64,000 bases of DNA from Cenococcum geophilum (taxonomy: Eukaryota). The stretch spans positions 11,656,001 through 11,720,000 of the forward strand of contig CP158635.1 in the NCBI GenBank assembly GCA_050273025.1, given 5' to 3'. Of the stretch, positions 1-11,300 are shown piece after piece; position 1 is the stretch's first letter; each line of letters opens with the position of its first letter. The position numbers and the translations under genes are program-made. The notes beneath the pieces were generated by a model. That model worked only from the letters and a program-made list of their open reading frames with translations, was not told the origin of the DNA and searched no databases.

Positions 1-2204
1 ACACTTAGACTTGCGGAAAACTAGTAATAAAAGTGTTACTAAGTACTAGGAGATACCAAGTTGCGTCTATTATGCAGAATAACCGCGTTTACGAAGATTT
101 GGTCAAGTACTTTAGGTTAGAAGTGTTACTAAACTTAAGGTCCTAAGTTAACGTCCGAAACGCGTCAAACGATATCCAAAATGCGTTAAATAACATCTCA
201 AATTTCCTACCTCTTAACAGCAAACCTACGAGATCCTACAAAACCGAAAATCCTACCTACCTTCGACGTACAATACCCCGTCGATTTTATACCTACTATA
301 GCGTTAACCTACCCAAAGAAGTACGAGGACGACATTAACCCAGAGATATAGAATAGAGACATTAACCCTGTAAACGCTAAGCAACAGAACCTAAACGGAT
401 TCTTATTACACTGTATAGCGCACTATAAAGACAGCGAATATAACAGTACTATGCTATAGTACTATATAAGGGAGGACTTTGTTAAATAGATAAAGAAAAT
501 ATAGGCTTATATAAAGAAGGATATTATATAAGACTTCCGTAACTTCTTACGGGAGTACGCAGTATTTATACCTATAGATGGGGGTACTATTAGAGATAAT
601 ATTTAGGAGCAAGTCCTTAACACAGAAGAAGAACATAAATGGACTCCATAAGAGATGAAGATTAAGCACCAAATACACGCTATAAAGAATAACTCTTAAG
701 GGAATCTTAATAACGGACAGCCACAAGCAACACTATAGTAATAGCCTCCGCAAGAACCTCCGCAGTAACTACCACAGATAACCTCGGGCTATTAAACACC
801 TCAAGTTCCTCAGGCTGCCGCATCTCAACCCGTACCTTAAGCTGCCGTATCTCAACCCATACCTTAAGCTCTGTCCCGCCAGCAAGCTTAACAAAAATCT
901 CCGCAAAAACCTCCGCAGTAATCTCCGCAGCAATCTCCGCAGTAATCTCCGTAATAAGCCTCTACTTCTCTATAAACATTTAATAAGCTTTAGAAGATTT
1001 AGCGTAGAGGGAAATTCCAAGACTCCTATAGTTCCTAAGGTAGCTATAGAGGTAGCTACCAGCGTGATCCAGATAGGAAGTTCTCGTGGAGGGTACCGTA
1101 AAGAGAGAGTGATATAGGGGGGGGAGCAGTTGGAACGGCACAGTCACGCAGGCAATCCATAAAAGAAAGAACTGCTAGTATCTACGGCAGCTACGAACTC
1201 GATAACTGTTGCAACTAATATACCTGCAAACTAACCCTATAACAAGACTCCGTGCCAATCTGCCTACGGAACCGACCCTGCGCTAGCACCGTACTGCTAT
1301 ATGCTATCAACAAACCGATAGCGCCGCTATGCCTGCTATTACGATACTAATCGCGCCGATATACCTGCGATCTACTAACCGAATAATCGTGCCGATATAC
1401 ATGCGATCTTAATTACCGTTATACCGACAAGAACGACCTAAACAGGACTAGCAGTACGGCCTGTTAACAAGACCTCGCGCCAATATACTTACAAGCCTAA
1501 ACCTGTCGCGGGCACCGTACTACTATTACAATAGACTACTGCCCTGCCTACAGTTAACTAACCCTTGCTACTTTATCAGCAGCTAACTAACCCTTACTGC
1601 TCTGCCTGCAGCCAACCGACTTCTACTACCTCTACCTACGATATTGTACAGACCCTGACTTTAACTAGCCAATTAGGATTTTCCATCCCTAGGATAGAAA
1701 ATTGCTATTAGCTCGCTTACCACTAGCGCCTTAGCGGCCTTCGTAAGATGTCTACCTACTACTACTTCTAAACGATTCTTTCTCCTTTCTCTTCTTTTCC
1801 TTAGTTTAGTATTTTCACTAAATAGTAATCTACAAGCTTTAGTTTGAAGGTATTTATATAAGCCGCTATAAGAGGCAAATTTTCAGATAGCGAGACTTAT
1901 ATTATAATAGCAATAGTAAGTAAGGAGGATTAATATTTGTCACGCTAGTTAAGCGGTATTTTATATGTAAATGGCAACTATAAAGAAGAGTTACCAGTGT
2001 TGGGAATAAGGCAAGTTGCCGTTATATACGGCAAACTGCTGTCACGTAATAGTAAGTTGCTATCACATGTCGCCGCGGCACTAGCGTAGCGAGGAGCCTT
2101 AAGTTCCTTACCCTCCCTTATTCTAATAAACAAGCTTTATTAACCAACATCACTATAACCTACTTAAGTAGTCGTTATTAGTAAGTCACTCTATATAACT
2201 AATA
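1..2204 (+). mobile_element. Internally deleted (gag-only) GalEa-type Copia derivative, 5' end outside window; 3' LTR 1998-2204
   Basis: 1-~700 is the reverse-complement match of the gag region at ~11800-12505. A Q/P-rich repeat tract follows, then the family 3' UTR (~1645-1997), a purine tract aaagaagag and an LTR tgttgggaataag...aactaata matching 4170-4335. No pol present. Confidence 0.85.
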
Positions 2205-2836
2205 CTTATACCCTTTTTGCTAATTCTATAAGGTCTATATAAAGATTTATTAACGTCTTTATTCTTTCTTTAGCCGTACTACTTATTTTCTTTACTTACT
2301 ATAGTAACAATAATATTCTTAGCTTATATCCGTAATTTGCCTTAAATAATAATATACCTATTTCTTCTTATAGTGTTATATTATATATAAACTATATAAC
2401 TAGTAATAACAATACCTAATTATTCTACGCGTAATTAATATAATATTTTAAATACTATTCTAGTATTTAATTTAATCTTTCTATTTAATTGTCTGTTTAT
2501 AGATAATATATAATAAAAGTTACTGCTCTAACTCCTTATTCCGCCAAGAATACCTCTTAGAATGCTGCTATAAATCTTAAATCTCTATCCGATATAATCT
2601 TACTTAGTGCTTTATATCTTATAAATACTTCTTTAATATAAATTCTAGCGACGTCTTTTACTAATATTTCTTCTATATATACTATAAAGTATCCCCACTT
2701 TATAAGCTTATCTACTATTACTAAGATTATATTATAATCTTATCCGGTAATAGGGTCTCTTAACCTTAGTAGCTTTATAATAAAGTTCTATAATATAACC
2801 TCCTATAGTCTCTTTAGTATTTTAATAGGTTGTAGC

Positions 2837-2982
2837 TATTATACCTAAGGCTCCAACCCACCTGGCCATATAAACCTCTAAAAAGGTAGTAGTAGTATCT
2901 CGCGACTAGACGGGCTGCCGGTTAAAATATCTTATAAGCTCTCCAGCCCATACATAACGTATAGGTAGCGCAAGGCATGACA
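2837..2982. mobile_element. Solo LTR (146 bp) inserted in Gypsy integrase
   Basis: Termini tattatacct (RIP of tgtcatgcct) ... aggcatgaca. 5-bp TSD GTAGC at 2832-2836 and 2983-2987. Removal restores the integrase KPYG-LQP-like motif. Confidence 0.85.
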
Positions 2983-5865
2983 GTAGCCCGCTATACGGCT
3001 TATACCTTATTAGTTTATTTCTCTAGCAATCTAGACATTCCTTTATAACTTTTCGCGCTAAGCCCTAGGTTCTATTAATAATATACTCCTTTTAAAGTCT
3101 TAATACTAAGCCCGTGGCTCTATTATGTCCTTAAGTTATTCCCTTATAGAAATCTTCTATAAAGTGTTCTGCTATGCTTCTTGGGATATACTTTACCTCT
3201 CTATATTTATATAATATTTCTTCTTCTAGATATTCTAACTATTTCTCTAGCTATGCTTTAAAGATTCTTTATACCTAAAAGCTTTCTAATAACTTATAAA
3301 CTTTTTTTAGTTCCTCTTAAGTTACTATAATTTTTAGATAATTATATCTAATTAGTCTATCTATATCCTTTTATAGTAAAGCTCCTAATAGCTTTTCGTT
3401 ATTTTATAGTTTAGCTTTTTAACTTAGAGCGTCTGCTTTTATATTATTTATACCCTTAGTATACTAAATCTTAAAATAGTATTCTATAAGTATCTCCGCC
3501 TCTCTAACCTATCTTTAGTTAAGTTCCTTTATTATTAGGAATCCTATTAGGTTCTTATAATCCGTCTTAACTATAAATAGTTTTTCTATACCTTATAAGA
3601 ATGCTCTTTATTCCCTTAATACTGTAACTATACCTAATAACTCCTTATTATAGATGTTATAGTTTAACTCTAGTAGTATTATCTTCCGACTATAGTATAC
3701 TACTAGGTGCTATCTATTTTAATATTTCTATATAAAGTATACCCCTAGTATAAAGTCTAATATTTTTATTTTTATAACCGTCTTTAGTCCTAGTTAATAG
3801 ATTTTAAGAACTAGCTCCTAGGTAAACAACTCTTTAACTTTCTTAAATAATTTTTACTATTCCTCTCCCTATACCTATAGTTCTTCTTTCTTTATTAATT
3901 GCGTAAATAGTTTAATATCTTTTAACCATTGCGCTATAAACCTTCTATAGTAATTGCAAAACCCTAAAAACAACCTTAACTATATAACGTTCTCTAGTTT
4001 TTACCAATTTACTATAGCCTTAATCTTCTTTAGATCTATACTAAGTTAGCCTAGTTTAATAATAAATCTAACAAAATTAGTCTTCCTAGTAAAGAACTTA
4101 CATTTCTTAATTGCTACTAGCATCTATTCTTCTTATAGTTTCTTTAAAACCCATTTAACGTATTCTTTATATTGGTCACATAGGGTAACTCACTAATAAC
4201 GACTACTCGAGTAGGTTACAGTGATGTTGGTTAATAAAGCTTATTTATTAGAATAAGGGAGGGCGAGGAGCCTAAGACTCCTCGCCACGCTAGTGCCGCG
4301 GCGTTATGTAATAACCGCTTGCCTTATTCCCGACACTAGCAACTCTTCTTTTATAGTTGCCATCTATATATAAATACTGCTTGACTAGCGTAATAAATAT
4401 CAATCCTCCTTACTTACTATTGCCATTGTAATATAAGTCTCACTATCCTAAAAGTTGCCTCTTAGCACGTGGTGCTTTCTTACTTAGAGTCGTGGGAGGA
4501 TATTATACTAGGGCCGCTAAGGCGCTAGTTATAAGCGAGCCAATAGCGATTTTCTATCCCGGGGATGGAAAATCCTAATTAGCTAGGTTAAGTTAGGGTT
4601 TACAGAATGTTATACTCCCCCCTCTAAAAAAGTCTTAGTAAAAGAATCTAACTAACCAGACAACCTCAACCGCTGGTTAAAGTTCCCAAACATCTTAAGA
4701 CCTTACGTGACTAAGAAATTTCTAGGGACTCCCTTTTAACCTAACCTTTAACTCGTATATATAGAGTATTTATATTAACAAACGTCTTTAATGCCTTATT
4801 TAGGTTCGCCTTTGTTATTATATCTGCCGGGTTATCTTAGCCATTAATTTATTAAATCTTAAAGAGTTTTTAACGCTTATAGGATTGCTAAAGTACCATA
4901 ATATCGATTATAAGGCGCTTCTCCTTTATAGTACTAAGCTTAACTAAACACTTATAAAGGGAATATAAGTCGGTGCATATAATTATAGGGATAATAGGAA
5001 CTTTAAGTTAATCTATAATTATCTTTAGGGTAGTTCTAATTGTAATTGCCATATTAACTCCGCTAACTATTCTATATATCTCTAACGCCAAAACACTTTA
5101 GATAACGCGCTTGCTCTTTATTAAGCTCTAATAGATAAGATTGCTATAGATTGTAAAGTTATTCTCTCTAGTAAATTCATTCGCGATAATAATCTTATAT
5201 CCTAATTAGGAGCTAAAGTCTTTATTGTTTATAAATAATCCATTAACAAATATAAAGAGCTTAGCAGTAGGGAGATTAATAGGCATATAGAGTAGTCCCT
5301 AATTAAGATAGTTTATTTACCAAAAAAGACGTTTATTTAGGGCAAAAACGTCGTCCTTAGTTAGTTCCTAGTATTAGGCGGTAATAGAGAGATTAAATAA
5401 AGCCTTAGGTTAACAGATAGAAGTAATATAAGCTTCGCAAGCGCATTACTCTACATATCCTTACTTTAGGGAATTAACGTTAATAACATTAATCTTTTTA
5501 CCTTAACCCTTCTGGCGCAAAGCAATAGAATCCCCATTTAGGGAGAGGATGCATCTATTAAAGAGTAATAGTGTTATTAAATTAAGCTTTTCCTTTAGCT
5601 TTACTATAAGATTTACCTTTACTAGCTCATCTTCTTTAAGAGCTAAGAACTGGTCGTCTCCTAAGATAATTATATTATTAGTTTATATGCTAACGATTCT
5701 AAATAGAGTTCCCGTAGTTGTGATAAGGAAGTAGGGATTAAATATAAAAGTAGTTATTAAAAGCTTCTCTTTATAGTACTTGCTATAGGTAGCCCACCAG
5801 TAAGTTCCTACCTCTGCGATTTTATATAATGGCTTAAGTATAACCATAATCGTATCTTCGGGATA

Positions 5866-8387
5866 TGTTACGGCACTGTTACAGACCCTCATTAGGGGCT
5901 CGTCTGGAGCCTTGGCGCCATGTATATAGACGTGTCCTTTCCTCGACCTTCTTCTAGTCCTCGTCTTGATATTCTCGTTAATAGACTACCAATCGTACAG
6001 GCTTGCGCGTCCCTCGTGCCGTGCTCGTGCCTCGATTGACTGAGTCGCTAACATTATATCAAGACCATCTACCCTTTCTTCCTGAGAAGGAACCCAAATA
6101 TATCTACAGACTAAGGACAGGACAAGGACACAGAACAGGACCCCAAGGACAAGGACACAGAACAGGACCCCAAGGACAAGACCAGAACCAAGAACAAGAA
6201 CCAGGACCCTAAGAACACGAACGGAACACGAACGGAACACAAACAGTATACGAACACGACCACGACCCCAAGAACCAGATACGCACGGACAAGAACCCCT
6301 AAAAGAACCTACTAGAAGTTACCTAATACCCCTACACCTAGCGATCAACAGAGGCCTTCAATCGGGCCGACGTCTCCCCCAGATTAAGGCCTTCTAGGAG
6401 AGCACTAATACCAGAACTAGAACGAGCCTACAGAGAACCGTCGACAGACCCTAGTCGTTAATTGTTTAAACGTACAGCCAGTGAACAGAGAACGATTTGG
6501 TCGATTAATCGAATTAAAATTGCGACAATTAATTTAGACCACTTAAAGAACCTATGTATCTTAACTTCTGAGCAAGCTTCTGCCATTAGTTCGCTTAGGT
6601 GTATGTGATTAAAGTTAAATCTAACAACTGCCTACCCCGTAGGACTCTATTATTATTCTTATTAAAATACACGGATATCTAACACGCAGATGTTAGATAT
6701 ACGTGATAGCAGAGGCAGCAAATATTACTAATGAAATGGCCCTATTAGCTGTCCCGTTCGAGCCGTCCTATACGGCGTTAAAGAACCTTTATTAAAAGAT
6801 CCACAAGTATACCACTACCTCTGTTAACCTTACCCTACCTATTTAACTATAGGACCTCTCCACGGACCTAAACCCTTACCTAGATAGCGCAATAGGCGTG
6901 CTAAGCGACTTGACAGCGTTCCTATATGATGACAACGCCCCTTAGGCCGTAAGAGTTATAGAGGTCAAAAGGGGTGTAGATCGAGTCGATGCCAAGGTTG
7001 CGGAAATCAAGACTGAGATAAAGTCGATGGATGAACGTCTTACGATATAGATTAACGACGTTAGGAACAGCCTTTTTAACTAAACGCAAAGCCTTAATAA
7101 CCATACATTTATTTAACTAAATTCTATACAAAAGTGGCTTAACGACTTAATTAAACCTATCTCAGCTCCTATTTAGGATGGAGGCTGCTAGAGGTATATT
7201 ATAGCCAAAGGTTTTCCTAATAGAATTAAAGACTTCTAGAGGCTTGTTTTAGACCCTACTACCCTAACGGAGCTTATAAGACATTACTTAGTACAAGACT
7301 GGGAACGATAGAAGAGAGCTAGCTTAAGGGATACCAACGTCAGCTGCTATACGGAGCTAGAGGATGCAGTTACTGCGCAACCCCTTATATGTCTTAGGGC
7401 CCTAGCCATAAGGTAGGGCCTATAGTACAGCCTTCTGGAATACCCGGGACAACAGGAAGGCCTAGGAAGACAACAGAAACGTAAGGTAGAGACGGATAGT
7501 GGATCGAGACGAGTTAGGGCATGAGAAGACCAGGACAACGATTCTGTAATAGGATTAGAATCAACCTCTTTATAAGATGTTAATGACCAAAGGTCTTAGC
7601 CAAGTAGGGTAATATCGGTGTAGATACGGGTACCTTCTAATATAGAGAGAAGAGATCTTATAGAACTACTAATAGTAGCTAAAAGAGAGGATCCAGGAAG
7701 ACGTAGCCCTAAGTCTATATATTGGGAGCCTAGTAATTCTCCTAAGCTTAGATAGAGGATTAGATCTACTCCTTCTACTAAATAACGGAGGAATTGGATG
7801 CGTCATTAGGACGGTTGATCGGTCTATACCTCTAAACTTATTAGACGATATTAGGACCGCGGCTCTAGGGACCGCACCCCTAGGGAAGAGCCTTGTTAAC
7901 TAGTCTCTAGCCCGGAACCTACTTAACCATTCTCTAGTAAGGAGCTTAGATAATTGGCCCCTAGTCTAGATCCTACTTAACCATTCTCTACACTATAACC
8001 TAACCTAACCTAACCGACAAGACGTCGCGCTGATACGCCTACGACACTAATCCTAACGCTAGTACCGTATTACTACCCGATTAACCCTTACTGCTCCACC
8101 TATAACGACAATTTAGAACGGATCTATAATATAGCTTTCTTAACGGGGAGGATAACTACAAAGCCTAAGGGCAGGCTTTTGCGGAGGGGGGGGGTAATAT
8201 TACGGCACTGTTACAGACCCTCGTCAGGGGCTTGTCTGGAGCCTTGGCGCCATGTATATATAGACGTGTCCTTTCCTCGACCTTCTTCTAGTCCTTGTCT
8301 TAATATTCTCGTTAATAGACTACCAATCGTATAGGCTTGCGCGTCCCTCGTGCCGTGCTCGTGCCTTGATTGACTGAGTCGCTAACA
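5866..8387 (+). mobile_element. Small non-autonomous LTR retroelement (2.5 kb) without recognisable gag/pol
   Basis: LTRs 5866-6053 and 8198-8387 (tgttacggcac...gctaaca); TSD GGATA (5861-5865, 8388-8392); polypurine tract ggagggggggggg just before the 3' LTR; inserted in the Copia RT region. Confidence 0.93.
6736..8000 (+). pseudogene. RIP-damaged ORF of unknown function inside the small LTR element (coiled coil + globular domain + low-complexity tail)
   Basis: One frame from ATG 6736 reads protein-like: heptad region VDRVDAKVAEIKTEIKSMDERLT, then GFPNRIKDF(W)RL...HY..QDWER(W)...Y.ELEDAV...P..CLRALA..(W)GL. No frameshift seen. End position is approximate. Confidence 0.55.
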
Positions 8388-11300
8388 GGATATTGGTAGC
8401 GAATTTGCTCTAGAAGGTATGCTAATATTAAGCGCTAAAGGTGCGTCTCTAATTAGGTGTAGGCCTAAGTAATATCTTATAGATAGACCGCTATTCTATT
8501 CTTTATTAGGGAGGGAGCTAGTGCAATAATAACTCGCTAACTAGCTCGTTAAATTATAGGAGATTGCGTAAGAATTACCTTCTTACCATCATCGTTATAA
8601 CCTTAGATAATAAGCCTTAATTTCTTAAATAGGGTATTAGTAGCTTTGCCCTTAATCTCGTTAACTATTCTTAACTTAAAGATGCGGACTCTATTGAATT
8701 TGGTAGGGTCATACTTCTTAAATTTAAAGACTCCTTTTATAATAAGACTATTAATTTCCTGCTTATTAGATACTTGGAAAGGAGCTCCTAAAGTTATAAT
8801 ACGACCTTTCTTTTAGAGCTATTTTGCGAGTTTAAAGTTAGCCTTCTCCTTAGCTGTTATAAAGGCCATTAATAGCTTAACTCCATTCTTAATAGCGGCA
8901 ACAAATTGCTCTTTAAAATTAATAAGATGTTAGCAATTTTGTAATCCCTTTGGGCGACCTCTACCGCGCTATAGTTATGGCGTATCTACTATAATTATAT
9001 TAGAATCGTAGTTGCCTTCTAGAGTACGTTAATCGTGGCTCTCCTCTAGGGCATTTTCTATAGCATCCTACAAAGGCTTGGAGCTGCTATCCTTATAGTA
9101 AGGCTTAATAACAGTTAAACGGAATTAAGTGGGTCTGTAAGGTATCTAAATAGTATAAGTCTAACCATTAATTGCAATAAGTTAATATAGGCCTAACTAT
9201 CCTCCCTTTTTACGCTATACGCGTACCTTAGACTAGAGTGGCAGATTAAGTGTAGTTAAGGTGTTTAGACCATTTCTTATTCCTAGTATATCGTTAACCT
9301 AGCGTGTAGCGTAGAGACGTTATACCTCCTTTATTACCTTACGAATAGCCTTAGCTTATTATATAACGGAGGGAGATGGTAGAGAATTGTTAGTTATTTA
9401 AGGGTAGGCGCTAAAGACTAGTAATATGGGTATAAGTCCATTTGGGCCAGCGGAATCTTTAATAGCTTTAACAGCTATTTATAAGGTAAGTTCTTTGCTA
9501 GCATCCTCTATTTCTAAAGAGATAATCTTATATACGCGGCGTAATGGCGTATAATATTGCTCTACTTTTCTAACACTATTATATGCCTTAATAGGGACTT
9601 CCTTAACCTTAATTACCATTACTTTTATCTGTTATTAAAACTCTATAGATAAGAAGTTCTTTTCTGCGTTATAGACGATTTAATTAGGGGGTCCTAGATA
9701 GACATCGATCTAGTATAATTAAAGGGTATCCTATGCGTTCCTAGCTAATATATCCTTTAAGAATCGTACGGCTTAGAAGGAGGTTAAGAAGTTAATAACT
9801 TAGAGTACTAGCTTGCCACTAAGATATATAACGTTAATAATAATACAGAAGTTAAAGTTATAGTTATCTTTAAGGGTGAACTTAAATCGGCCAGGGGACT
9901 TCTGGTTTATTTAGCAGTAATAGCAGTACTTTATAAGATGCTTAATTGCCTTAACCTTAACTTTATAGCCTACTTATTAAAGAACCCTAAGTAATTAATA
10001 AACGGATAGGTGGCTAAAACGACGGTGTAGTTAGCGTAACTCTAACTTAGTTAAATAGCTCTAAGTAATACTCTTTTCTAGTTAATAAAGGAGCAACTAG
10101 GGGTAACCCTACTTGCGCACAATAGGCACCTAATTATCTCCCTAAATAAGTACATTCTTAAGGTTATTAAGCTTAACGCCTAATTTATTTATATCTCTAA
10201 TGTAAAATAGAAATGGGGTATTTATAAGAACAATATGGAAAGTAATGTACCCTAAGGGGGTTTAGACCCTAATTGTGCTAAGAGAGATTATAGTACCCTT
10301 GCTAAAACGAATTATATATTGGCCTGCCGTTAAATAGTTAATCTAAATAGAGCTATTAAGTTGCTAAAGGGCTTAAACTTAAGGTTCTCCTACTATAGAT
10401 ACTTCTACGGCTCTAGTATCTAGCATAATACTATAGAAGACGTTTACCGAGTATCTATTATTAAAGGAGAACATAGAACTTTCCTATAGCTCGTTAAAGA
10501 TATCTAACTTTATAATAGAGTAGAGCGTAGATTAGTTATTAAGAATAGTAATAGTTTGTTTGCTATCTACCTTACTATACTTAGTAAAGTATTGGTTAGG
10601 TAAGTAGTCCTTAATTTCTATATCTATAAGGAGCTATTTAGCCTTATTAACCTCACCCTTAAGATCTTCTACGCCTTTATATTAAATTAGGAAGCTTTAG
10701 AAGTAGGCCACAGTAACCTTATAATTTTTAACGTTTCTTATACTTTGGCGAAACTTATTATATACCTCCTTTTACTTATTAAGAGAATACCTAGTTAACT
10801 AGTAATTCGGTTTCTTATAAACGTAGTACTTTTTTTAGCGATTACTTTAAAATAAACCTCTATAAGGGCCTCCACCTTTACCTTATAGTCGTTAATTATA
10901 CCCTCTACTATATTATCTACCTCGGCCACTATATATTTAATTAGTTTAGTTATAATTATATTAGTCGGGCGGGTTAATTAAAGTAGGTTAGAGTTAGGCG
11001 TTAAATTACTATACTTTTTAAGAGTGTAGAGCGGTGCTAATAGAAGATCTTAATTAAGTACATACTCCTTTATAAGTATTTATAGGATTAAAGAGTATAA
11101 GGTTGCATTCTTTAACGCCTCGGCATACGCTAATAACTTAATTATATAGGCTAAAATCCTCTTAATATAATTCGGATAAACCACGCTAAATTATTTAAAG
11201 TTAATTAAAGAGCTTTTAAAGATAATTAAGCCGGGGGATACCTGGGTTTATAGTAATAATCCTTAAAAAGGTAGTCTCTCTCCATTCTAATATATACTAC

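Noticed and set aside
5986..6240. ORF-track hits over the aggaca/gaaca tandem repeats
   Set aside because: Low-complexity repeat ORFs spanning the LTR boundary; no coding evidence.
8198..8240. CUGACGA hammerhead-like core on the minus strand of the small element's LTR (retrozyme idea)
   Set aside because: No GAAA or closing stems in the right positions.
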